Shown here: positions 27,295 through 35,414 of the stretch, in pieces
Layout of the letters: each line of letters opens with the position of its first letter
Numbering within the stretch: position 1 is the stretch's first letter
NCBI GenBank assembly: GCA_015232855.1
Contig: JADFYW010000001.1
Span: 56,830-120,829, forward strand
Source of the DNA: Fibrobacteria bacterium
Lineage (GTDB): Bacteria > Fibrobacterota > Fibrobacteria > UBA11236 > JADFYW01
Length of the DNA stretch: 64,000 nt
Direction of reading: 5' to 3'
The notes under the pieces: model-generated
The model's input: the letters and a program-made list of their open reading frames with translations, nothing else
What the model was told of the DNA's origin: nothing
Database searches by the model: none
Program-made: the position numbers and the translations under genes

Positions 27295-28020
27295 TTATGC
27301 TTTCCCTTCCTCATTTTTCACAATACTATTAAACACGGTGTCTGTTATTACCTCAATCCGCTGTGCATAAAATGATTTGTCAAATTCAAGGGGCAGATTA
27401 AGTGCCGGCCCTATTATATCCATAACCGGCCTCAGAAAAAATGGGCCCAGTACCAGACTCATAATATTCATCAGCAGTTGTTCCGGAGCGATATTCTTCA
27501 CGGTCCCTTTGCTTATTTCTGAAGAGAGTCCGGCAAAAAGATTTTCTTTCATATAAGAAATGAAATTGATAAACATATCCAGAATGGTAGGGACCGGTTT
27601 CCGGGATGTTTTAATTTCATGAACGAGGAAAAGTGGGAAATCAGGATTTTCCGAAAAAATATTAATATAGGTGGTCACAATCATCCGGATATTGTCTTTA
27701 AGACCCTCAGGTTTATGTGCCGCTTCCTGCTCTTTGTAGGTTCTCTGAATCTTGTTAAGAATGTTTTCGATAACCGCGTCATACAGTTTGTCTTTGGAGC
27801 GATAATAATAATGAAGCAGAGATTTATTCACACCCGCTTCATCAGCAATAGCCTGCATCCTTGCCCCTTTTAATCCAAATTTGATAAACTCCTTCTGAGC
27901 TGCAATCAGGATAAATTCCTCAATATTCTGAGAATTTTGGCTATTATCGTCAGATTTTAACCGTTTTTCTATTTCCACACCTTCACCCGACTTTTTGGTT
28001 TGATTATTTGGTTTAACCAT
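27295..28020 (-). CDS. TetR/AcrR-family transcriptional regulator
   Basis: 241 aa. ...AAQKEFIKFGLKGARMQAIADEAGVNKSLLHYYYRSKDKLY... is the canonical TetR HTH. It is the first gene of the OMP/MMPL/LolA-like operon. Confidence 0.9.
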   Translation of the reverse strand: MVKPNNQTKKSGEGVEIEKRLKSDDNSQNSQNIEEFILIAAQKEFIKFGLKGARMQAIADEAGVNKSLLHYYYRSKDKLYDAVIENILNKIQRTYKEQEAAHKPEGLKDNIRMIVTTYINIFSENPDFPLFLVHEIKTSRKPVPTILDMFINFISYMKENLFAGLSSEISKGTVKNIAPEQLLMNIMSLVLGPFFLRPVMDIIGPALNLPLEFDKSFYAQRIEVITDTVFNSIVKNEEGKA

Positions 28021-28151
28021 ATGGTCAAATAATATCCTTAAAAAATCAATTTGTCAAGGGATTTTTATAAAACTGCTTAATGACTTTTGTATTTTTATCT
28101 CAAATTGTTATCAAACTCAATTATGCCAAAAGAATTTTACCTGGGACACTT

Positions 28152-28853
28152 ATGAACAGAGCACCATTGAAATCAACCCGGCTTCTTATCGTTTTTCTCA
28201 TTGCAACTCTCGTTACCCTGACCTCTGCTTCAGAAAAGCAATCGATAGCGGTCCTCAGGTTTGAAAATAACAGTCTGATGAACAAAGAAGCCTATAATGG
28301 CCTTAATAAAGGTCTCTGCGATATGCTGGTAACCGAACTGAGCAAAATTTCAGCCTTCCATGTGCTTGAACGCGAAAAACTCGAAGGAGTGCTAAGTGAA
28401 CTCGAATTAGCCCAATCTGATGTAATTGACGCGTCTTCCGCCCCTCAGATAGGCAAACTCCTGGGCGCCTCCTACCTTATGTTCGGCGGCTTTGTAAAAG
28501 ACATGGGCAACAAACTGAGAATTGATGTCCGCATTGTGGATGTAACCACCGGAGAAATTCTTAAAGCCGTGGAAGCCACGGGTAAACCAAAGGCTTTGTT
28601 TAAACTTATTAAAAAAATCAGTTACAAAATAGCTGATGAACTCGATGTTACTATCAGCAAAAAAGAAAAGAAACTGATTAAAAAGAGCGACAAGGTAAAC
28701 ATGGATGTACTTCTGGTCTATTCCAAAGGACTCGAAGAAATGGACGCAGGAAACAAAGAAGAAGCATTGAAACATTTTAAAAAAGCCCTCGATATGGACG
28801 ATAGTTTTGAACGGGCACGGTCACAAATCAATAAACTAGAGGCTAAGGAATGA
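28152..28853 (+). CDS. secreted CsgG/HfaB-like module (no TM hairpins) + C-terminal TPR-like tail
   Basis: In-frame ATG at 28152 precedes the signal peptide MNRAPLKSTRLLIVFLIATLVTLTSA. IAVLRFENNS...GLCDMLVTELSKISAFHVLEREKLEGVLSELELAQSDVIDASSAPQIGKLLGASYLMFGGF...RIDVRIVDVTTGEIL. Tail ...EEALKHFKKALDMDDSF... Confidence 0.7.
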   Translation: MNRAPLKSTRLLIVFLIATLVTLTSASEKQSIAVLRFENNSLMNKEAYNGLNKGLCDMLVTELSKISAFHVLEREKLEGVLSELELAQSDVIDASSAPQIGKLLGASYLMFGGFVKDMGNKLRIDVRIVDVTTGEILKAVEATGKPKALFKLIKKISYKIADELDVTISKKEKKLIKKSDKVNMDVLLVYSKGLEEMDAGNKEEALKHFKKALDMDDSFERARSQINKLEAKE

Positions 28854-30355
28854 TTAAACCAAAACAATTACCAGGGTTATTATTTACAAGACTGGTTCCG
28901 GCTATTCTCACGTTATCGGGAATTCTGCTCGTGACTGGCCCGGCTCCGCTCTATGCCGAGACCGATAGTACAAAAGCGGCAATACCCACTCAAGCAGTTC
29001 CGGCAGCAGAACTAAAATCAGTTACCGCCATCCCTGTAGATTCTGCCGCACCCCCCATAGCAGCTAACACCAAACCAGAAGACAGTAATACGGTTACGGA
29101 ACAAACGCCTATTGAAACATCAGAACAAACTAATCCCGATGCAACGGTTTCTGATTCTGGTGCGGCAGTTCCTCCTATACCTGCTGTGACCAATAGTACA
29201 GTAACGGAAGAAACCCATTCCACATCCACAGATTCCCCATCGGTAAAAGCCGCAACCGTCCCAGACAAAAACAGCATAGGTGTTCTCTATTTTAAAAACG
29301 CGGGAACGGATTCTATGTATAAGCCACTGGAAGCGGCTCTTGCGGATATGGTTATCACCGACCTTTCCCAGGTTGCGTCCCTCAAGATTATTGAGCGCTC
29401 CCGGATGAGCGCGTTAATTATGGAAAAGGAATTCCAGCTCACCGATTATGCAGCAGGCTCTGATACAGCGAAACTATCCACCGGTCAGGTATTACAGGTA
29501 GAAAAAACCCTGGTTGGCCGCTTTAAAGTAAATGAACAAAAAGAACTGGCTATCAAAACGGCACTTGTTGCTACCACCGATAACAGTCCAAATCCTTCGG
29601 GCAAGGCTAAGGGCCCCGTTGAGAAATTTTTCGAACTCGAAAAACAACTTGTATTCAGCGTCATTGATAACATGGGCATTAAACTCAGTGAAGAAGAACG
29701 CAAAAAAATTCAGGTTATTAAAACCGAGAACCTCCTCGCCCTCCTTGCCTACGGCACAGGATTAATGGCAGAAGACCAGGGTGATTTTGCAGCAGCGGCG
29801 GCGGCCTATTCCAAAGCCGCCAAGCTTGACCCAACTTTCACTCAGGCCGGGCAGATGGCAAAGACAGCCGCTTCCATGGGTGCACAAACCCCTGCAGGTA
29901 CCGAAAAAACACCGGTAGCTGTTAGCGGAGGTGGTGTACAGAGCATATCCGAAAAATTAGTGGAAGAAGGCAAAAAGGAAATGGGCGAGGACATGTCCCA
30001 GGAACAAAGCCTGCGAACAAAGGAAACTTCTGAGTCTCCCCCTTCTACAACACCTACAACGGCTAAAACACCGCAAGTAAAAGAACCCGCAGCGACAAAG
30101 ACAACCTTTTCGGCAACAAGACCAGTCGCCGTCCGTGTTTCCAATTTTGTCGGCGGCTCATTTATGCCCGAAGCAGCAGAAATAACAACCAACAATTATG
30201 AGTCTCAGGAAAATCCTGCTGCGTCATCCTCCCAGGCTACTACCGGTACTCCTGGTGCAACAACGGGTATTTCAGAAGCACATAACTCGGGCATAACCAG
30301 CATAGCACCCCGTAACGTTGAAGTTAAAATCCCAATACCAGACCTTAATAATTAA
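28850..30355 (+). CDS. secreted/anchored protein: Thr/Pro/Ala low-complexity region + CsgG/HfaB-like module + TPR-like + low-complexity tail
   Basis: 501 aa with an ATGA overlap on the upstream gene. IGVLYFKNAGTDSMYKPLEAALADMVITDLSQVASLKIIERSRMSALIMEKEFQLTDY...VGRFKV. ...GDFAAAAAAYSKAAKLDPTFTQA. Confidence 0.7.
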   Translation: MIKPKQLPGLLFTRLVPAILTLSGILLVTGPAPLYAETDSTKAAIPTQAVPAAELKSVTAIPVDSAAPPIAANTKPEDSNTVTEQTPIETSEQTNPDATVSDSGAAVPPIPAVTNSTVTEETHSTSTDSPSVKAATVPDKNSIGVLYFKNAGTDSMYKPLEAALADMVITDLSQVASLKIIERSRMSALIMEKEFQLTDYAAGSDTAKLSTGQVLQVEKTLVGRFKVNEQKELAIKTALVATTDNSPNPSGKAKGPVEKFFELEKQLVFSVIDNMGIKLSEEERKKIQVIKTENLLALLAYGTGLMAEDQGDFAAAAAAYSKAAKLDPTFTQAGQMAKTAASMGAQTPAGTEKTPVAVSGGGVQSISEKLVEEGKKEMGEDMSQEQSLRTKETSESPPSTTPTTAKTPQVKEPAATKTTFSATRPVAVRVSNFVGGSFMPEAAEITTNNYESQENPAASSSQATTGTPGATTGISEAHNSGITSIAPRNVEVKIPIPDLNN

Positions 30356-30372
30356 CCTGAAGCAGATAATCT

Positions 30373-31500
30373 ATGAAACACAAAAACTTAAAATCAGCAA
30401 TCGTCTTTTTCCTCAGTTTTATTTGCCTGGGGTTTACGCAAACTGCAACTGAAAATGCAACCAAGCATTCATTTATCCGTGGAACACGTTTATTTACCGG
30501 AGTCCACCTGGAATACTGGGGTTATCGGGAAACGAACAGCCTTGAAACAGTGCTGCCCATTTATTACTCCATGGATCTCAACAATTATGTTCAGGGACTC
30601 TCTGTGGATCTGGTCACTTCACCCATGTTTGGTTCTCTTATGAGCGAGAAGGTAACCAATAATGAATCAGTGTTAGGCTTATCCAACACGAAGGCCCGTG
30701 CTTCTTACAATTTCAACAACCTGATTATTTCTTCCTTTGGAATACAAGTACCAACAGGTTCAAACGAACAGTCGCTCCAACAGCAAAACACCGTATCAGC
30801 CCTGTCAACACGGAACTACCACTTCCGTGTAAGCCAGATAGGTTCCGGACTGGATCTGGATTTTACCGTTTCGAGTTCTTATGAATTGTTTGATGACTTT
30901 ATTGTGGGATTTGGAGCAGGTTTCCTCACCCATGGCCCTTTTACTCCCGTTGAAGATGGTCTGGAATATAATCCGGGCGAAGAAATATCTGCCGCTTTAG
31001 GTGCTGATTATTTGCTTATGGCAGGGTCTCGCCAGATTAAATTTATCGGTGATGCTATTTTCACCTATTACACCACAGACAAACTGGATGACAAAGACTA
31101 TTACCAATCAGGCTTTCGTCTGAACCTGAGCATTTCAGCCAGCACCAGATTAAGTCCTGCCTATTACAATACCCTAAATTTAGTTCTGGCATTACGGGGT
31201 GACGGTAAATTTGAAAACGGGCCTTCCTACCAACCGGGGAACGAACTGCTTATCTCGGATTATGTACATTTTTTAAAACACAAAAAGTTCAACCCGTTTG
31301 TACTGGCAAGAGTATTCCTGTTCGGGGAAAACGAGTTTGAAGAATCCAGTGCTCAAACATTCGGTTTGGGCGGAGGCGGCTCCCTTAAATTAAACAACCT
31401 GATTTCGGCCCGTGCCGAGCTTATCATTGACGCCGGGCTAATGGATAAAGACCTGGTTTTCGGCACCGAGGTTAACGGAGGATTGAACTATGATTTCTAA
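30373..31500 (+). CDS. outer-membrane beta-barrel protein
   Basis: 375 aa. Signal peptide MKHKNLKSAIVFFLSFICLGFT. Alternating strands; terminal ...VNGGLNYDF. Confidence 0.7.
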   Translation: MKHKNLKSAIVFFLSFICLGFTQTATENATKHSFIRGTRLFTGVHLEYWGYRETNSLETVLPIYYSMDLNNYVQGLSVDLVTSPMFGSLMSEKVTNNESVLGLSNTKARASYNFNNLIISSFGIQVPTGSNEQSLQQQNTVSALSTRNYHFRVSQIGSGLDLDFTVSSSYELFDDFIVGFGAGFLTHGPFTPVEDGLEYNPGEEISAALGADYLLMAGSRQIKFIGDAIFTYYTTDKLDDKDYYQSGFRLNLSISASTRLSPAYYNTLNLVLALRGDGKFENGPSYQPGNELLISDYVHFLKHKKFNPFVLARVFLFGENEFEESSAQTFGLGGGGSLKLNNLISARAELIIDAGLMDKDLVFGTEVNGGLNYDF

Positions 31501-32800
31501 GAAAAAAATTCACATTTTCATTTTGGCCATCACGGGTCTTTTGATACTTTGTTCCTGTTTGTTTGAAGCCAAGACCGAAAGCAACACGAAGTCGGTTACA
31601 TTACCAGTTGACCCGGTAATGGTCGATGTCCGTGGACTAAGCTATGGGGAAATTTTACAAGCAGCCTTTAATTCCGAGAACGGTGTTTCTGCTGCAACAG
31701 TTCTGGCAAAAACCGCTGCACCTCTTCTTTTTGACAAGGTATATGCACTCAGTTATTATGATATTACCTGGTCACACGACGAAGTACCCGATACCGCTCA
31801 TATCAACCGTTTTCTCTTTTATAATCCCCGTCCCGCCAATACCGAAGACTGGGACACCCAGTTGGACTGGTATGAACGGCACCCAGGGTATGTTATCCTC
31901 ACTAATACCGAACTTAAACGCTCTGGTTCCCATGTGGTAGGAAATGTAGAAGTCAAAAAAGGTATGAGCACCCAACTCTTAGTTCTTTTTGTCTACCAAA
32001 ACCAACCTGTCTGGGAATTTATCAACTATTACTATTGGGATGATTCCTATTATCCAGGCTATGATGGTGAAGATGGACATTTTTCTTCATCAGACAGATG
32101 GAGCAATCCGATGGATTCAATATCCGGATACCGGCTACCGGCAGCTCAGCCCGACACCGGTCGGGAAACATCTACCAACGAACCTCCGGTTGATGCCTGT
32201 ACCGATTTTGAATGTGATTCGTTAACGCTCGAAGAGATTCTTTATGTAACCGGAAACACCGATACATCTGCGACCCGAGACCAGATGTTTAGAGTTGCTA
32301 ACGGAAGAATTTCGGAACTCGATCTATCATATCTCAGCATAAGCAGTCTTCCATCCTCAATCGCTAAAATAAGTGAACTCACTTATATTAATCTTATCGA
32401 AACAGGGATGTATGAACTTCCTTCAACATTGAGTCAATTAAGCAAGCTTGAGTCACTTGATATAGGTTACAACCGTTTTGAGAGCTTTCCTTCAGAATTG
32501 TTGGCGCTTACTCAGTTAACCGGGCTCTTTATGCCTTATAACGGTTTGACTGCTGTGCCTTCCGGCATTTCCTCAATGGCAGGGCTTCTCTATCTGGATC
32601 TATCCAACAATAATTTAACCGAATTACCTTCAACCATTGTAAATCTTAACCTTCCCCCCACAGATATGGGCGGAGATTTTAAAATCACAAATAATCAAAT
32701 TTGTACAGTCACACAGGTTATTTCAGATTGGGTAGCGGCTCGCAGCACTGAGGGTACAACCTGGCAAAGCCGTCAGCTATGCACGGTGGCAAAGAAATAA
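31490..32800 (+). CDS. lipoprotein with C-terminal leucine-rich repeats (eukaryote-style LxxLxLxxNxL units)
   Basis: 436 aa with a GGAGG Shine-Dalgarno. ...LLILCSCLF lipobox-like. ...LDLSYLSISSLPSSIAKISELTYINLIETGMYELPSTLSQLSKLESLDIGYNRFESFPSELLALTQLTGLFMPYNGLTAVPSGISSMAGLLYLDLSNNNLTELPSTI... Confidence 0.8.
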   Translation: MISKKKIHIFILAITGLLILCSCLFEAKTESNTKSVTLPVDPVMVDVRGLSYGEILQAAFNSENGVSAATVLAKTAAPLLFDKVYALSYYDITWSHDEVPDTAHINRFLFYNPRPANTEDWDTQLDWYERHPGYVILTNTELKRSGSHVVGNVEVKKGMSTQLLVLFVYQNQPVWEFINYYYWDDSYYPGYDGEDGHFSSSDRWSNPMDSISGYRLPAAQPDTGRETSTNEPPVDACTDFECDSLTLEEILYVTGNTDTSATRDQMFRVANGRISELDLSYLSISSLPSSIAKISELTYINLIETGMYELPSTLSQLSKLESLDIGYNRFESFPSELLALTQLTGLFMPYNGLTAVPSGISSMAGLLYLDLSNNNLTELPSTIVNLNLPPTDMGGDFKITNNQICTVTQVISDWVAARSTEGTTWQSRQLCTVAKK

Positions 32801-32857
32801 ACACTCCTGGTTTTTTTTCTTTTAAATTGGGAAATTGATTTTAAAAAAGATTAGCAG

Positions 32858-33448
32858 ATGACCCTCTTTAAAGGCAAATACCGTGTGGAATCCACCCGAT
32901 TAAAGGGTTGGGATTATACCTCCCCAGGTTATTATTATATCACAATCATAACCCGAAACAGGGAAATGTTTTTCGGCCATATTTCCAATGATAAAATTAT
33001 CTATTCTGAAACCGGAAAAATTGCCAATGTATATTGGCAGGAAATCCCTGTACATTTTCCCCATGTAGAAATGGATAAATATATTGTAATGCCAAATCAT
33101 GTCCATGGACTATTAAAAATCAATACCGATGGGGGGAACACCAATGGGGAAATGCCATCACCGGATAAACAAATATCACAAAAACCCGCAATTCCATATA
33201 TTTTACACCGTTCCATAAATACCGAAAAAAATATAAACCCGTTTTGGAAACCCGGGAATCTGGGGGTTATCATAAACCAATACAAACGAATTTGTACAAT
33301 AAAATCTAGGAAAACCACCCCTCGGTTTGGATGGCAAACCCGTTTTCATGACCATATTATCCGTGATGAAGACGAATTAAATCGTATCCGCCAATACATA
33401 ATACTCAATCCTTTAAAATGGAATGATGATAGGAATTTTCATTCATGA
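32858..33448 (+). CDS. IS200/IS605-family Y1 HUH transposase-like protein (RayT/TnpA-REP type), embedded in the envelope operon
   Basis: 196 aa. ...YYYITIITRNREMFFG..., HUH motif in YIVMPNHVHGLLKI, ...WQTRFHDHIIRDEDELNRIRQYIILNPLKW (catalytic Tyr helix). The stop overlaps the next gene's start (ATGA). Confidence 0.8.
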   Translation: MTLFKGKYRVESTRLKGWDYTSPGYYYITIITRNREMFFGHISNDKIIYSETGKIANVYWQEIPVHFPHVEMDKYIVMPNHVHGLLKINTDGGNTNGEMPSPDKQISQKPAIPYILHRSINTEKNINPFWKPGNLGVIINQYKRICTIKSRKTTPRFGWQTRFHDHIIRDEDELNRIRQYIILNPLKWNDDRNFHS

Positions 33449-34803
33449 ATACCCGTTACATTCTTCTGTTCATTTGCTGTTTGTCTATTTCCCTCTCCTT
33501 TGGCTATGACTACGACAAACACAAAAACAAGGTAACGGATACCCGTCTTAAACTTATTGTGCTGGCGGCACCGGATGCTCCCAAAAAAAAGGCCACCCGT
33601 CGTGCAGTACTCACCTTAAAATCCGCTGTAGCATCAATGAAACGGTTCCAGGTTATCTCTCCTGGTAACCTTCCCGCTTATAAAGACCGGACCCTGGATT
33701 GGGCAAAATCAACCGGTGCCACTGAAGCCCTTACGATATCGGTTATAGACCACAAACAAGAAAAAATTAAAAAGATTGAATATTACACTAAAGAGACCCA
33801 GTCAAAAAAGCATAAAGACAACAATGGGAAGAGGACTAAAAAAATAAGCTATACTTTTTCCTATTCCGCCCGGTTTTCATTGAATAAAATTGACCTCAAA
33901 ACCGGAACCATTATTAAATCGCTCCAGTTTGAACGCATTGGCAGAGGCGATACGAGAGAGAGTTCCAGTGAAAACCTATACTCCTCCCTGAGCTCTAATC
34001 TCAAAGGTTACCTCCGTTCCTTATATCTTATGGAAACAGAAATTATTAAAGTATTCTTTGATCGCCTCGTCCTCAGATTGGGAACCAACATGGGGATTCG
34101 TAAAGGAGATATTTTTAAAATCCGCACTCGCGGACGGACTGAATTTGTGGGTGAGAAGGAATATGAATTTACAGGTGATGTGGTGGCCCTGGCCAGAATT
34201 ACCGAAGTAGGGCAGGACGCCTGTGTGGCCCATCTTATTAGACGGTGGGATTTTATTGATATCAATTACCAGGCGGTAGAATCTACCAAACGACCGGGAG
34301 GTATGCGTTTTTCTGCCGACTATACACCACTCTACAAACATTTTGGTGGTGCGTTCCACTTCCTCTTTAATCCTCTGGGACAGTTCAACTTTCTTTTAGG
34401 CCTGGGTCTTGCTGCGGGGCGAGATTCACGGGATGACATGAATCTTATGGGATGGTCTTTTCAAACTTCCTTGAATTATCGTATCCCTGTCGCTCACACA
34501 TTCAGGCTTAAGCCAGGTCTCGGTTACACACTTGTCGCTCTTGCCCGGGCTGATGATGAAAGTGAAAGTGTTTATACAGCCCTCCATAAAATACCAATCA
34601 TCATGGATACGGAATGGGTACTCAGCAAACATTGGAACCTGAATGTCGGGCTTGCCTGGGACTTATTCGGTACTAACGACTCCTGGTACAAAGGCAGTGA
34701 TGATTCAAAAAAAAGTGCTGATTGGGACAGTGGTTCAAAAATCCCCAGAGCTGATAATTCAGGACTGCGTCTGACGATGAGCCTAGATTATCTCAGTTTT
34801 TGA
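33445..34803 (+). CDS. secreted protein: degenerate CsgG-like N-module + SH3-like middle + C-terminal beta-barrel
   Basis: 452 aa. Signal peptide MNTRYILLFICCLSISLSFG. ...LKLIVLAAPDA...AVLTLKSAVASMKRFQVISPGNL... ...GIRKGDIFKIRTRGRTEF... C-terminal strands ending ...LTMSLDYLSF. Confidence 0.65.
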   Translation: MNTRYILLFICCLSISLSFGYDYDKHKNKVTDTRLKLIVLAAPDAPKKKATRRAVLTLKSAVASMKRFQVISPGNLPAYKDRTLDWAKSTGATEALTISVIDHKQEKIKKIEYYTKETQSKKHKDNNGKRTKKISYTFSYSARFSLNKIDLKTGTIIKSLQFERIGRGDTRESSSENLYSSLSSNLKGYLRSLYLMETEIIKVFFDRLVLRLGTNMGIRKGDIFKIRTRGRTEFVGEKEYEFTGDVVALARITEVGQDACVAHLIRRWDFIDINYQAVESTKRPGGMRFSADYTPLYKHFGGAFHFLFNPLGQFNFLLGLGLAAGRDSRDDMNLMGWSFQTSLNYRIPVAHTFRLKPGLGYTLVALARADDESESVYTALHKIPIIMDTEWVLSKHWNLNVGLAWDLFGTNDSWYKGSDDSKKSADWDSGSKIPRADNSGLRLTMSLDYLSF

Positions 34804-34856
34804 TATCTTGCGAAAAAGAGACTGAAATCAAAGCAGTCCTGGTCTGGTAATAGTCT

Positions 34857-35141
34857 TTAATCCCAGAAAATATCCGGCTTAGGAGCATCAGGCAGTTTAT
34901 CTTTGTTCTTTTTGGCCCATTCAAATTTCTTCTCAAGAAGATCCATTTTTGATTCTTCTTTATCTCTGGCCTCTTTAAATTTTTCTTTTTTTTTTGCCCC
35001 TTTTCCCTTTTCAGATTTAATAAAAGCATCAAGACTTTGTGGGGCTTCTTTAAATTTTGTGTGTTTAATAACACCACCAGTCTCGGGATCGATAATTAAT
35101 GATGCCTTACAGCAAGGGCAGTTCAATTTTATTTCCTTCAT
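34857..35141 (-). CDS. small Lys-rich hypothetical protein with N-terminal CPCC motif
   Basis: 94 aa. MKEIKLNCPCCKASLIIDPETGGVIKH..., then a charged helical tail. Convergent with the 33445 gene. Confidence 0.5.
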   Translation of the reverse strand: MKEIKLNCPCCKASLIIDPETGGVIKHTKFKEAPQSLDAFIKSEKGKGAKKKEKFKEARDKEESKMDLLEKKFEWAKKNKDKLPDAPKPDIFWD

Positions 35142-35414
35142 AGTCCTTCTCCTTAATCAAACAAAATACCAATTAATTCAGAAATTAGCAGCCTTACCAA
35201 TTAGCTATTTGCAAAATAACGCCATTTTTTAGCTAAATTCAATGAATAATTCAAGAACTTCATAGAGAATTTTGATAATTCCTCAGGTTTATCCCGGATA
35301 AGAGTCTTTAAATCCCCCCATAATTGTATGATAAGCACACATTTCCCCCCTTTAGTTACAGCATCTGCCTAACTATATTCGCGTAAGCAAGAAAAAGCCT
35401 TTAAGGTACGTATT

